Below, in pieces: positions 28,746 to 39,471 of a DNA stretch of 64,000 nucleotides. Location: the NCBI GenBank assembly GCA_963668025.2, contig CAXXTH010000022.1, positions 96,001 to 160,000 on the forward strand, written 5' to 3'. Position 1 is the stretch's first letter; the number at the start of each line of letters is the position of its first letter. Under the pieces are notes generated by a model. It worked only from the letters and a program-made list of their open reading frames with translations. It did not search any database and was not told the origin of the DNA. Source of the stretch: Candidatus Hydrogenedentota bacterium (GTDB lineage: Bacteria > Hydrogenedentota > Hydrogenedentia > Hydrogenedentales > SLHB01). Made by a program: the position numbers and the translations under genes.

Positions 28746-29894
28746 ATGACCGACGTCGAACGCAAAAAACAGCGCGTACTGGCCGCCATCGAAAACCGTG
28801 AGGCGGACCAGGTTCCTATTACGGACTTTTTTTGGACGAATTTCATTCGCCGCGCCAAGGCCGAATATGGAGACGATTTCAATCCCTATATCCATTGGGA
28901 TCTGGATTTCGCCGTGGCGCTGCCCAACATGGACCCCAAGATCTCAGGCATCGAGATCATCGAAAATACACCCGAGCGCACGCTGGTCAAAACTGGTTTC
29001 GGCGCTATCATCGAACGCCATCAAAACCATCCCATGCCTCACTTCAATGACTTCGAGATTAAGACATTCGAACAATTCGAGGCCCTCGAATTCGACGGCC
29101 CGAAAGACAAGCGGCGTTTCTACGACGCCATTGACGACCAGCTCAATTCCGTGGGCGACGCCCTTAACTTTGGCCTGCCGCCATTCGTGGATCGCGTGAA
29201 CGAATTGGCGAAGCATCTATGCGTTTTCGGTAGCGTATGCGAGCCGCACGAAATGGTGTGGCGCATCATGGGCACCGAAAACATCCTCTACAAGATGGGC
29301 GAAGATCCTGATAGGTTCGCCACATGCATCGAACGCCTGGGCGATTTCCTCGTCGGCATTGTGGAAGGACAGCTCGCCGCGGTAGGCGGCAAACTTTCAG
29401 GGATGATCATCTACGGCGACATCGCCTACGATCATGGCATGTTCTTCTCTCCGGATTATTGGCGCAGCGTATACATGCCCCAACTCAAACGCATCTGCGA
29501 CACCATCCACGCCGCTGGACTCAAAACACTCTATCATGGCTGCGGCAACGCCAGCATGGTCTACGAAGACATGATCAAGGCCGGGGTGGACGCCTACAAT
29601 CCCCTCGAGGCCAAAGCGGGATTAAATGTGGTGGAGCTCAAACGGCAATTCAACGGACGCTGGGCCTTCGTGGGCAACCTTGACGTGCAAGTGCTCTCCA
29701 CCAACAACAAAGATATCGTTCGGAAGGAAGTCTTGACCAAGCTCAACGCCGCCAAAGGCGGAGGGTACATTCCATGCTCGGATCACTCCGTTCCCGATAG
29801 CATTGATCCGGCTACCTATGGATACATAGTCGAGCTGGTGCGCGAATATGGGAAATATCCGCTCAACCTGGGTGAGTTTGATATCGACATATAG
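28746..29894 (+). CDS. uroporphyrinogen decarboxylase/MtaA superfamily protein, probably not true HemE
   Basis: GDIAY..G.FFSP, YHGCG, NPLE.KAG, GNLD, GGGYI..SDHSVP; HemE N-terminal RQAGR motif absent. Confidence 0.8.
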   Translation: MTDVERKKQRVLAAIENREADQVPITDFFWTNFIRRAKAEYGDDFNPYIHWDLDFAVALPNMDPKISGIEIIENTPERTLVKTGFGAIIERHQNHPMPHFNDFEIKTFEQFEALEFDGPKDKRRFYDAIDDQLNSVGDALNFGLPPFVDRVNELAKHLCVFGSVCEPHEMVWRIMGTENILYKMGEDPDRFATCIERLGDFLVGIVEGQLAAVGGKLSGMIIYGDIAYDHGMFFSPDYWRSVYMPQLKRICDTIHAAGLKTLYHGCGNASMVYEDMIKAGVDAYNPLEAKAGLNVVELKRQFNGRWAFVGNLDVQVLSTNNKDIVRKEVLTKLNAAKGGGYIPCSDHSVPDSIDPATYGYIVELVREYGKYPLNLGEFDIDI

Positions 29895-29937
29895 AGTGGT
29901 TCAGGGCGCGCCATACGAGCTGAAAACATTTCACATT

Positions 29938-29990
29938 CCGTAGCATGGGCGTCCCCGCCCATGCGCATGGCCGGGACGGCCATGCCACGG
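29938..29990. repeat. REP-like doublet (family A)
   Basis: CCGTAGCATGGGCGTCCCCGCCCATGC plus inverted GCATGGCCGGGACGGCCATGCCACGG, between convergent genes. Confidence 0.8.
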
Positions 29991-30151
29991 GAGTCGGCAA
30001 GCGATCGTAGAGCTACCTCCAATCTGGAGTCACTCGCATCTCCATCTACTGAGATATCCCTGCACGAGAAAAAATGGAATTGATGGAACAGCCGCATGGA
30101 GTTTTGTTACGCTTCATGCAATATACAAGCTCCATGCGGCCGTTTTTACAC

Positions 30152-31705
30152 TCATTCTGCTTCCGTGAATTGAAAGGCGTACAACTTGGCGGAGGTGAGT
30201 TTGAAATACAGCCGGATAGGCTTGCCTGCCAGTGAAGACACATCGGCATTTCCCTTCCAATACACCTGCTGGTTGATGTAATTGCCTCCAGTTTCTTCGG
30301 CCTCGGCTAGGGTAAAGCCTGGGATGGGCGCACCGTCGGCGTTGCGGATTTCGACGAAAGCCGTCCCCATCGCGCCGGTGTCGATATTGAGGCGCAACCG
30401 GCTGCCGCTGAAGACAAGTGGCGGGGTGAGCAGCCAGCCGCCGTTCTCATTAACATCGGCCGACATGAAGCCATCTAGCCGCTGGCGGACCACGCCGAAG
30501 CCGCTCTTCGGTTCTACCAGCGCATCATGCTCAGGACGCAAGACGCCGCCGTCATGCGTATGCCCGCCGGACATGTAATACTGGTAAAGATAATTGCCCT
30601 TGCGGACCATCCCCCTCCCCATATCCACTAGCCAGCGATCCCATTCATCGGCCATGCCCATAGGGAAATATGGAGCGCGGCTGGGCCGAGTCCAGGTGAT
30701 CCCATCACGGCTGACGGCAAGCTGGGTATCGAGCAGCCCGTAATCGTTGCCCGGCTGAAAGCGGAACCAGGGCTGTTGGCTGGTCGTGAAATGGCGGAAT
30801 GGCGTGATGAACATCAGATAGACGTCCTGCGCCCAGGGATAGAGGATCGCATTGTTATAATAGATATCCGAAAAGGGATCGATGGCGTCATCCGCCTTGA
30901 GTACGACGTTGAGGTGCTCCGTCGTGGCAAAACCGTGGTAGTCGGGAGCGGAGGTGTTATACGGCCACGGCTGCATCGGGTCATCGGTCACGATACGGGC
31001 GATCTGGCGCTGATTGCCGCCACTGGTGGCTAAGGCCCGGGTAAAGATGACATACTTGCCCAGGCGCCCGTCCCAGAGCACGTTCGCGGGATTATCCAAT
31101 AACAGTGGAAGCACCCGGCGGACCTGCGTGAAATGGAATCCGTCGTCTGAGTCATAGGCATACACGCCATCGGTTGAGGTATCAAATGGATTGTGGAGAA
31201 TGCTCATAAACAATCTGTACGGCCTGCCCGTTTGATCGCGCTCGTCGCGAAAAACCATGGCGTGATCCGGAGAGACATTATTCTGATCGCCCATGATGAT
31301 GTTGTTATTGGTGTCGCCGTTTATACTGGCCAGCCCCAGCGGGGGGCGCGTCCAGGTGATGGCGTCGGTGCTTTCGGCGTAAGCAAGCGAATGGCCTGCG
31401 GGGGTAATCGCGCTGTAATACATTTTGAATTTGTCCCCGTCCTCGAAAACATTACCCAAAAACAACGGGTGTTGCTCGAATGGAGCCGTCTCTGACATAA
31501 AAACGACGCCTAACTTATCCGCGCGGTTGGCCGTCAGCGTTACGTTCTGGCTCGATTCGATGAAACGCGAATCGATGAAAAGCTGTTTGCTGCCGCCAAC
31601 GTCAATCGGATCAGCCGCAGAGGCCCCCGGGGAGGTTATTTGAATAAACAACATAAAACCGAGGATAGCGCCCCCCAAAAGACCTAAATGACGAAACCGC
31701 GGCAT
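30152..31705 (-). CDS. secreted beta-propeller glycoside-hydrolase-like protein
   Basis: Signal peptide; IDVG..KQLFID; Asp-box-like S.D..TW repeats (ESTDAITW, SDDGFHF, SRDGITW); C-terminal sandwich ending KLYAFQF. Confidence 0.65.
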   Translation of the reverse strand: MPRFRHLGLLGGAILGFMLFIQITSPGASAADPIDVGGSKQLFIDSRFIESSQNVTLTANRADKLGVVFMSETAPFEQHPLFLGNVFEDGDKFKMYYSAITPAGHSLAYAESTDAITWTRPPLGLASINGDTNNNIIMGDQNNVSPDHAMVFRDERDQTGRPYRLFMSILHNPFDTSTDGVYAYDSDDGFHFTQVRRVLPLLLDNPANVLWDGRLGKYVIFTRALATSGGNQRQIARIVTDDPMQPWPYNTSAPDYHGFATTEHLNVVLKADDAIDPFSDIYYNNAILYPWAQDVYLMFITPFRHFTTSQQPWFRFQPGNDYGLLDTQLAVSRDGITWTRPSRAPYFPMGMADEWDRWLVDMGRGMVRKGNYLYQYYMSGGHTHDGGVLRPEHDALVEPKSGFGVVRQRLDGFMSADVNENGGWLLTPPLVFSGSRLRLNIDTGAMGTAFVEIRNADGAPIPGFTLAEAEETGGNYINQQVYWKGNADVSSLAGKPIRLYFKLTSAKLYAFQFTEAE

Positions 31706-32122
31706 TCTCCATCCCTCCAGATTGTTTCTTATAAACCAGCTCTTCTATATCGCCCACCAGCTCCTTCAATCCCCTTGATACTTGAATGGTTCCCGCTGAT
31801 GGTTACAATTTCGACAAACTCAGGAGTGCGTTCTTCGGCTGAAGGAATGAATAGACAGCCCATCTCTCATGGATACAAGGCAACAGTATCGATAGAGCAA
31901 TCTGGAAATGTTTTCCGCTTATAGAATAGTTTTACCGCTCCAACGGGTCTAAATCGGTGAAACATACAAACGATTCCAAATTTAAATCAAGCGCATAGTT
32001 CCCTTACATTGTATGCTAATACCAGATTCTGCTGTCCATGCATCTTGGTTAAGCGTGCAAACAACCGCCAGTGGGAAGTATTTTCATGCATGGAAACATG
32101 CATCGATAGGAGCGAAATTGAC

Positions 32123-33283
32123 ATGGGAATCAAAAAAATAGGCGTGGGAATCATTGGAACAGGCTTCATTGGAGCCGTGCATGTGGACGCGCTGCGCCGT
32201 CTGGGCTACGTCGATATAGTCGCGTTAGCCGAGGCGAATCCTGAACTTGCTCAGGCCAAAGCGGATGCATTCTGCATCCCCAAAGCTTATGGCGACTACC
32301 ATGATCTCATCAATGATCCTGATGTGCATGCGGTGCATAACTGCACGCCCAATAACATGCATCTTGAGATCAACACCGCCATCCTTCAGGCTGGGAAGCA
32401 TGTGTTTTCCGAAAAGCCTCTAGCCATGAACGCCACGGAGTCCGCCCAGTTGCTCCAATTGGCGCAAAAATCCGGCGTGGTGCATGGAGTCAACTTTAAT
32501 TACCGCATGTACCCGCTCGCCCAAGAGATGAAATACCGTATCGCACGCGGCGACATCGGCGACGTACGCTTGATTCATGGCAGCTATCTTCAAGACTGGC
32601 TTCTCTATCCTACCGATTACAACTGGCGCATTGAGCCGGAAATCAGCGGCGCGACGCGCGCTATTGGCGACATCGGCTCCCATTGGTGCGATATGGCGCA
32701 AACGGTCACGGGCCTGCAAATCACAGAAGTGTTCGCTGATTTCGCCACGGTGATTCCCGTTCGCAAGAAAGCCCGCAATGTAGAGACATTCGCAAAGGCG
32801 GATGCGGCTACAGAATGGGAAGATAAGCCGGTTCAAACAGAGGATTGGGCGGCTGTACTTGTACACTTCAGCAATGGGGCCCGGGGTGTTTTCAAGGTTT
32901 CGGAAGTTTCCGCTGGGCGGAAGTGCCGTTTTGACATCGAAGTCAACGGCTCAGAAAAAACGTTCTACTGGAATCAAGAGCAGGGCGACCGGCTTTGGGT
33001 GGGCAGCCGGGAAGAATCGAACCAGGAGCTCATACGCGATCCGAACTGGCTTACGCCTGCGATAAAGCCGTATACGGCGGCCCCCTGTGGACACCCTGAA
33101 GGCTGGCTAGATGACAACGCCTCCAACGTCAAGGCGTTCTACGAGTTTATTCGCCAAGGCAAAGATCCTCGGTGCGATCACGCCGATTTCGCCACATTCC
33201 AGGAAGGCCATGACATCATGCTCATCCTCGCCGCGATCGCCGAGAGCGCCAAATCGAGGAAATGGGTTGCGGTGGAACGTTGA
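32123..33283 (+). CDS. Gfo/Idh/MocA family oxidoreductase
   Basis: GIIGTGFIG, SEKPLA, DIGSHW; start behind AGGAG. Confidence 0.92.
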   Translation: MGIKKIGVGIIGTGFIGAVHVDALRRLGYVDIVALAEANPELAQAKADAFCIPKAYGDYHDLINDPDVHAVHNCTPNNMHLEINTAILQAGKHVFSEKPLAMNATESAQLLQLAQKSGVVHGVNFNYRMYPLAQEMKYRIARGDIGDVRLIHGSYLQDWLLYPTDYNWRIEPEISGATRAIGDIGSHWCDMAQTVTGLQITEVFADFATVIPVRKKARNVETFAKADAATEWEDKPVQTEDWAAVLVHFSNGARGVFKVSEVSAGRKCRFDIEVNGSEKTFYWNQEQGDRLWVGSREESNQELIRDPNWLTPAIKPYTAAPCGHPEGWLDDNASNVKAFYEFIRQGKDPRCDHADFATFQEGHDIMLILAAIAESAKSRKWVAVER

Positions 33284-33328
33284 TGACTATAACCAAAATA
33301 AAAAATGGCCGCCTAATAGAAGGAGCCT

Positions 33329-34588
33329 ATGAACATGCCCAATAGCCAAATTCTTGCCACGGCAGTAAAGAATTTTGAACATGCGGCTGCCCAGCTCAAC
33401 CTCCCAGACTATTTGTTCTGGCGGCTGGTCAATCCCTCGGAGAAAATGGAGATCTGCATTACTCCGGTCGTACCAGGCGGACGCGTGCTCAAAATACAAA
33501 CCTTTATAACCTACCATAACAATATTTTGGGGCCCGCCAAGGGCGGTATCCGCATGGCGGCGGAAGTGACCCAAGATGATGTCACCGGGCTCGCTATGGA
33601 AATGACCTGGAAAACTTCCCTCATGGGCATTCCTTTTGGGGGAGGAAAAGCGGGAATTCGGTACGATTCGGAATCGCTTACCCCAGATGAAAAAGAGATT
33701 GTGATTCGCTCGTTCGTGCGCGGCGCACGCCGCCATATCGGGCCTGAGATTTATGTTCCAGCGCCCGATCTAGGCACGAATGAAAATGATATGGGCCATA
33801 TCTGGGACTGTATCTCATACTCATCCGGCACCGCTATTACCAACGGCTGTTTTGTAACTGGCAAACCGCCCATTTTGGGAGGAATCTTGGGCCGACGCGA
33901 AGCCACGGGAAAAGGCGTGGCCTACACGGTGCAAGCGGCATGCGAGCACTTGAAGCACGATCCCAAAACCCTTCGCTGCGCCATACAAGGCTTTGGCAAT
34001 GTCGGGTCCATTGCAGCGGCCGAACTGGCCAAAATCGGCGCGAAGATTGTAGCGATCACCGATCTGCACGGAGGGGTATTCAAGGAAGATGGAATCGATA
34101 TTCCAGCATTGGCGAACTACGTGGCCGGCAACGGCTCCATCAAAGGATTTGCCGGTGGAGACGCCTTAGGGGCGGATGAGCTTTTCGATGTGAAGTGCGA
34201 TTGCTTCATTCCCGCCGCGACTGGCTCACAAATCCACGCCGCCAATGCGGACCGAATCCGTGCGAAGATCGTAGCCGAAGGCGCAAATGCGCCCACCACC
34301 CCAGAAGGTGATGAGATACTCAATAGCCGGGGCGTATTTGTCATCCCGGATATTTTATGCAACGCGGGCGGCGTATTTGTCTCGTATCTCGAATATACCA
34401 ACGAAACGCAACGCGAACAGATCACCCAGGCGGATGTCGAGTTACGCCTGCGGGAACGCATCCAATCCCAATTCTGGGCTGTTCATGCGCTCGCCCAAGA
34501 GCATCACCTGACCATGCGCCAGGCGGCGATGCGCATCGCCGTGGCGCGTGTAGCGAGCGGCTTCAAATCCCGCGGGCTGTGGCCATGA
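33329..34588 (+). CDS. gdhA: Glu/Leu/Phe/Val dehydrogenase (glutamate dehydrogenase-like)
   Basis: AKGGIR, GGGKAG, VPAPD, GRREATG.GV, QGFGNVG, EGAN, NAGGV.VSY.E. Confidence 0.85.
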   Translation: MNMPNSQILATAVKNFEHAAAQLNLPDYLFWRLVNPSEKMEICITPVVPGGRVLKIQTFITYHNNILGPAKGGIRMAAEVTQDDVTGLAMEMTWKTSLMGIPFGGGKAGIRYDSESLTPDEKEIVIRSFVRGARRHIGPEIYVPAPDLGTNENDMGHIWDCISYSSGTAITNGCFVTGKPPILGGILGRREATGKGVAYTVQAACEHLKHDPKTLRCAIQGFGNVGSIAAAELAKIGAKIVAITDLHGGVFKEDGIDIPALANYVAGNGSIKGFAGGDALGADELFDVKCDCFIPAATGSQIHAANADRIRAKIVAEGANAPTTPEGDEILNSRGVFVIPDILCNAGGVFVSYLEYTNETQREQITQADVELRLRERIQSQFWAVHALAQEHHLTMRQAAMRIAVARVASGFKSRGLWP

Positions 34589-34701
34589 TGCTGCGCGCTG
34601 CATCTGTTATATATTTCGTTGAAAAAAAACAAGTCCAATCTTGGTGTTGATCATATAAGCTAGACAAGAAAAAAAATCACTTAGAAAAAAGGAGCGAACA
34701 C

Positions 34702-35751
34702 ATGAACAAAAGCAAGGGAACATACCGGTTTTCGTTTGGACCCTGGAATGTAGACGAAGGCGCTGATCCGTTCGGCCCAACCGTACGCAATCCTATTCCT
34801 TTCGCGGAAAAATTGACGCAATACAAGAAACTGGGATTCGACGGTGTCCAGTTTCATGATGACGACGCCGTACCCGATATTGACAGCAAATCCCACGCTG
34901 AGATTGAAAAAGAGGCGAAGCAAGTCCGGCAGATGCTTGATAACGAAGGCTTGGTAGCGGAATTTGTTGCGCCCCGCATGTGGTTTGCCAAAGAGACTAT
35001 TGATGGCGGTTATTCCAATAATGACCCCGCATGCCGCAAATACGCCATTGAGCGCTCCAAAACCTGCATCGATATCGCTAATATTTTGGGCACGAACCGC
35101 ATTGTGCTCTGGCTGGCGCGCGAAGGCACCTATATCCGGGAAAGCAAAAACGCCCGGGCGGCCATATTGCAGATTCTCGATGCCATCAACGCCATGCTGT
35201 CACATGACTCCAATGCCCGGATTCTAATCGAACCTAAGCCTAATGAACCCGTAGACAGTGGCCTCATTCCGACCATCGGCCATGCGATCGGCCTTGCCTA
35301 CGCCAGCATCGATCCTTCCCGGGTCGGCGGCCTCATCGAGAGCGCCCACTCGATTCTGGCGGGGCTGGATCCATCCGACGATATGGCCTATGCCTTGACC
35401 CACGATAAACTGTGGAGCGTCCACCTCAATGATCAAGGCGGCCTCAAGTTTGATCAAGACAAGTCATTCGGCTCGTTCAATCTGCGCCGCGCCTTCAACC
35501 AAGTGCGCGTGTTGGAAGAATATGGTTATGGCAATAAGGGCGAGTTTGTCGGCCTGGATGTTAAAGCCATGCGGACTCAGAAGCTGGAAGTCTCCTATAA
35601 GCACCTTGCCAATAGCAGGCAAACTTTCCTTTACCTGCTCGAAAAAGTGGTCACGCTTGACCATGCACTGGAACAAAAGCTTATCCAAGAGCGTGATTAC
35701 GAGGAACTTGACCGCTATATACTCTGCCACTTGATGGGAACCAAGTATTAG
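34702..35751 (+). CDS. xylA: xylose isomerase-like TIM-barrel sugar isomerase (short, class I-like)
   Basis: W...G.DPFG, FHDDD, W.AREG, IEPKPNEP, E.AH, HLNDQ, KFDQD metal-ligand motifs. Confidence 0.75.
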   Translation: MNKSKGTYRFSFGPWNVDEGADPFGPTVRNPIPFAEKLTQYKKLGFDGVQFHDDDAVPDIDSKSHAEIEKEAKQVRQMLDNEGLVAEFVAPRMWFAKETIDGGYSNNDPACRKYAIERSKTCIDIANILGTNRIVLWLAREGTYIRESKNARAAILQILDAINAMLSHDSNARILIEPKPNEPVDSGLIPTIGHAIGLAYASIDPSRVGGLIESAHSILAGLDPSDDMAYALTHDKLWSVHLNDQGGLKFDQDKSFGSFNLRRAFNQVRVLEEYGYGNKGEFVGLDVKAMRTQKLEVSYKHLANSRQTFLYLLEKVVTLDHALEQKLIQERDYEELDRYILCHLMGTKY

Positions 35752-35832
35752 AAATAACATGTTTCTATGGTATGGAGCGGGCTGGCGGCAAGCCAGCCCC
35801 TCACATTGCCTTGATCAAAGAAAGGGGATGCA

Positions 35833-37026
35833 GTGCGTACAGGCCAGGCTAATGTCGTGGTCGCCGGACATATCTGTCTGGATATCATTCCAGAATTTCC
35901 TGAAACAAGAGAAGGAGCCGCTGCGGCTCCTCCCCCTGGAAAACTGGCTATCGTGGGTCCTGCGGAAGCCTCGACGGGAGGCTGCGTATCAAATACCGGA
36001 CTTGCCTTGCATAAGCTGGGCATATCCACCGCCCTTTTGGGCAAAGTAGGCGATGATCTGCTCGGGCGCGCCACTATCGATTTCATTCGCCAAAACGATG
36101 AGCTTTTGGCTGAAAGCATGATCGTCTCCAAAGGGGAAAAGAGTTCATACACCATAGTCGTGAATCCATCTGGCGTAGATCGAAGTTTTATGCATTTTCC
36201 TGGCCCCAATGACACGTTCGTAGCAGACGATTTGGATTATAACGTGATATCCGGCGCACGATTGTTTCATTTTGGATACCCGCCCCTCATGCGGGCGATG
36301 TTTGAAGATAATGGGAAAGAGCTCATCAAGCTTTTTAAACAAGTCAAAGACACAAAAGCCACCACAAGCCTCGATATGGCGCAGCCTGATCCTCAATCTC
36401 CGGCAGGCCAAGCGGATTGGCTCACCATTCTAAAATCAGTCCTGCCCTATGTGGATATTTTTCTCCCCAGTCTAGATGAAATTCTCTATATGCTCGGTAG
36501 CCCATACCGCGAACGGTTCGAGGCCGCACAAGCCGCAGGCGAAGGATTGGATTATGCGCTCTGCGCAGAGTTGTCAGAGGCGCTTATCGAAATGGGCGTC
36601 GCAATCGTCTGTTTGAAAATGGGCGATCATGGGCTTTATTTGCGCAGCACCGCCGATCTCAGCCGCCTCGAAAAAATGGGAAAAGGGGCTCCCATCAAGC
36701 CGGGCGAATGGCGCAACCGGGAGCTCATGGCGCCTTGTTACCAAGTTAAGGTTGCAGGCGCCACTGGCTCGGGCGATTGCACCATCGCTGGTTTCTTGGC
36801 GGCTTGGACTCACGAGCTCACTCCTGCTCAAATCATGAATATGGCCGCTGCCGTAGGCGCATCCAGCGTGGAACAAAAAGACGCCACCTCCGGCGTCCGC
36901 ACCTGGGAGGAAACCATACAACGCATGCAACACGGCTGGCCCAGGCGAAATCACATTGCACCCAAGGCCGGCTGGCGTTGGGATGCGGAAATGGGGGTCT
37001 GGATTGGCCCTTGTGATTGTTTGTAG
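35833..37026 (+). CDS. PfkB family carbohydrate kinase
   Basis: GG...NTGLAL.KLG, GKVGDD..G, ATGSGD...AGF. Confidence 0.9.
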   Translation: MRTGQANVVVAGHICLDIIPEFPETREGAAAAPPPGKLAIVGPAEASTGGCVSNTGLALHKLGISTALLGKVGDDLLGRATIDFIRQNDELLAESMIVSKGEKSSYTIVVNPSGVDRSFMHFPGPNDTFVADDLDYNVISGARLFHFGYPPLMRAMFEDNGKELIKLFKQVKDTKATTSLDMAQPDPQSPAGQADWLTILKSVLPYVDIFLPSLDEILYMLGSPYRERFEAAQAAGEGLDYALCAELSEALIEMGVAIVCLKMGDHGLYLRSTADLSRLEKMGKGAPIKPGEWRNRELMAPCYQVKVAGATGSGDCTIAGFLAAWTHELTPAQIMNMAAAVGASSVEQKDATSGVRTWEETIQRMQHGWPRRNHIAPKAGWRWDAEMGVWIGPCDCL

Positions 37027-37164
37027 CATGAACACCATCTGTGTTCATATGAACTGAGCAGAGAGCTTGTTTTTCGTTTAATACTTTTGTATGCTATGTA
37101 AATAATGAAAAATATGTACGCAAAAATCGTAACGCCTTGTGAAAAAGTGAAAAAGGAGGTTGAA

Positions 37165-37914
37165 ATGGTAGGTATAAATCTCAGCGGAAAAACAGCTCTT
37201 ATTACGGGATCTGGCCAAGGGCTCGGGGAAGCAACCGCCCGCTTATTTCACCAAGCGGGGGCCAATGTGGTCATCAATTATTTCTCGGACCCGGAAGGGG
37301 TGAACCGCGAACGCGCCGAGAAAGTGGTGGAATCTCTCGGTGAGCGCGCCATAGCGCTTGAAGCCGATGTCCGCGACGAAGCCTCGGTGCAGAGCATGTT
37401 CAAAGCAGCCTTGGCTAAGTTCGGCGCCATCGACTTCGTGGTCAACAACGCGGGTGTCATTCGAGACAAGAGCATCAAGAAAATGGAACGCAGTGATTGG
37501 GACATGGTGCTGTCCGTCAATCTGACCGGTGTTTTTACCGTATGTAAAGCAGCCGCCGAATGCTTGGCTGATAATGGGCGCATCGTGAATCTCTCTTCGA
37601 TCTCGGGACTGCTTGGCTTTTTCGGGCAGGCGAATTATAGCGCCTCCAAGGCGGGCGTCATCGGGCTTACTAAAGTGCTCAGCAAAGAGCTTGCACGGCG
37701 CTCCATCACGGTGAATGCGGTGGCGCCTGGCGTGGTGTTGACGGAGATGGGGTTGTCCATCCCCGAGAACTACCGGGAAGAAATGCTCAAGCAGATTCCA
37801 TTAAACCGCTTTGGCACGCCGGATGATATCGCGAACGCCATCCTCTTCTTGTGCAGCGATTTGGGCGCTTATATTTCTGGACAAGTAATTCATGTAAATG
37901 GCGGGTGGGCCTGA
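37165..37914 (+). CDS. SDR 3-oxoacyl reductase (FabG/PhaB-like)
   Basis: TGSGQGLG, NNAG, GQANYSASK, GQVIHVNGG; start behind AAGGAGGT. Confidence 0.88.
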   Translation: MVGINLSGKTALITGSGQGLGEATARLFHQAGANVVINYFSDPEGVNRERAEKVVESLGERAIALEADVRDEASVQSMFKAALAKFGAIDFVVNNAGVIRDKSIKKMERSDWDMVLSVNLTGVFTVCKAAAECLADNGRIVNLSSISGLLGFFGQANYSASKAGVIGLTKVLSKELARRSITVNAVAPGVVLTEMGLSIPENYREEMLKQIPLNRFGTPDDIANAILFLCSDLGAYISGQVIHVNGGWA

Positions 37915-39455
37915 TGCGAAATAACCGCGATTCGAAAATATGCAGCGCGCAAGAAGCTGTAGCTCTTATCAAAAACGGTGATGCCGTGGCCTGTTCAGGC
38001 TTCATAGGAGCAGTGCATCCTGAAGCCCTGAGTTCAGCCATTGAGGCGCGTTTCATGAGCGAGCAACAGCCTCGAGATCTGACTCTTGTGTATGCTGCTG
38101 GCCAGGGAGACGCCAAAACACGCGGTTTAAATCATCTCGCCCATGAGGGGCTTTTACGCCGCGTGGTGGGCGGCCACTGGGGCCTTGCCCCGGGATTGGG
38201 ACGCCTCGCCACCGAAGGCAAAATCGAAGCCTACAATTTCCCGCAAGGGGTCATCGCCGTTCTCTTTCGGGATATCGCCGCCGGACGCCCCGGCTGCATC
38301 ACCCATATTGGGCTTGGCACCTTCATCGATCCCGAATTCGGCGGCGGGCGCATGAATGACATTACGCCAAATGAGCTGGTGGAGCGGGTGGTTCTAAATG
38401 GCAAAACATGGCTCTTCTATAAGGCTTTCCCCATAAACATAGCCCTAATCCGGGCCACGTCGGCGGATCCCTTTGGGAACCTAAGCATGAGCCGGGAGGC
38501 CCTGTTTGGGGAAGCCCTGCCCATCGCTCAAGCCGCACGCAATTCCGGCGGCATTGTCCTCGCGCAAGTAGCCGAATTACTCGATAAACCCATTCCTCCC
38601 CAATCTGTTGATGTTCCAGGTATCTTCGTCGATAAAATTGTGGTCGCGGACCCCCATGACCATGCGCAGACTTTTGGCGAAGAATACAATTCCAAGTATT
38701 GCGAACCAATGCCGGCCGAGTTTGAAATGGAGAGCCTGTTGCCGCCCTTGGCTCCAGGCCCCCGCCGAATCGTGGTTTCGCGCGCATTTGAAGAGATTCA
38801 TGAAGGCAACATCGTCAATTTGGGAATTGGCATGCCGGAAGGCATAGCCTGCATAGCCGCCGAGCGCGGCTTTATCGAGCACTTCACGCTCACGGTCGAA
38901 AGCGGGCCCATTGGCGGCGCGCCTGCCGGCGGGCTTAATTTCGGCGCATCGGTATATCCGCAAGCCATAATAGGCCAGCCAGCCCAGTTTGACTTCTATG
39001 ATGGAGGCGGCCTCGATTTCGCCGCATTAGGCGCAGCGGAAATCGATGAACAAGGCAACGTGAATGTCTCAAAGTTTGGCCCCCGCCTTCCTGGCGTGGG
39101 CGGCTTTGTCAACATCACCCAAACCGCCAAATCACTGGCGTACTGTGGCACTTTCACGGTGAGCGGCCTGGAAGTCGCGATGGAAAACGGCAAGCTCCGC
39201 ATAGTCACCGAAGGAAAAGGCATCAAGTTTGTCAAAGCGGTGGAACAGGTGTCTTATTCGGCCAAACACGCCATCCAAACAGGCCAGCGCGTGTTATACA
39301 TTACCGAACGCGCGGTGTTTAAGCTCACCCCAGAAGGTTTGGAGCTAATCGAAGTCGCTCCAGGGATCAGCATAGAAGAGCATATTCTGCCTTATATGCA
39401 ATTCCGCCCCATTATACGGAATGTGCGCGAAATGTCGGCACAGGCGTTTATCTAA
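37914..39455 (+). CDS. fused family I acyl-CoA:acetate/short-chain CoA transferase (YdiF/Pct-like)
   Basis: AAGQGD, GGHW, NLGIGMPE, TVESG catalytic Glu, GGFVNITQ, YITERAVF; TGATG overlap with the reductase gene. Confidence 0.9.
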   Translation: MRNNRDSKICSAQEAVALIKNGDAVACSGFIGAVHPEALSSAIEARFMSEQQPRDLTLVYAAGQGDAKTRGLNHLAHEGLLRRVVGGHWGLAPGLGRLATEGKIEAYNFPQGVIAVLFRDIAAGRPGCITHIGLGTFIDPEFGGGRMNDITPNELVERVVLNGKTWLFYKAFPINIALIRATSADPFGNLSMSREALFGEALPIAQAARNSGGIVLAQVAELLDKPIPPQSVDVPGIFVDKIVVADPHDHAQTFGEEYNSKYCEPMPAEFEMESLLPPLAPGPRRIVVSRAFEEIHEGNIVNLGIGMPEGIACIAAERGFIEHFTLTVESGPIGGAPAGGLNFGASVYPQAIIGQPAQFDFYDGGGLDFAALGAAEIDEQGNVNVSKFGPRLPGVGGFVNITQTAKSLAYCGTFTVSGLEVAMENGKLRIVTEGKGIKFVKAVEQVSYSAKHAIQTGQRVLYITERAVFKLTPEGLELIEVAPGISIEEHILPYMQFRPIIRNVREMSAQAFI

Positions 39456-39471
39456 CCGAGGAGTAAACGAC

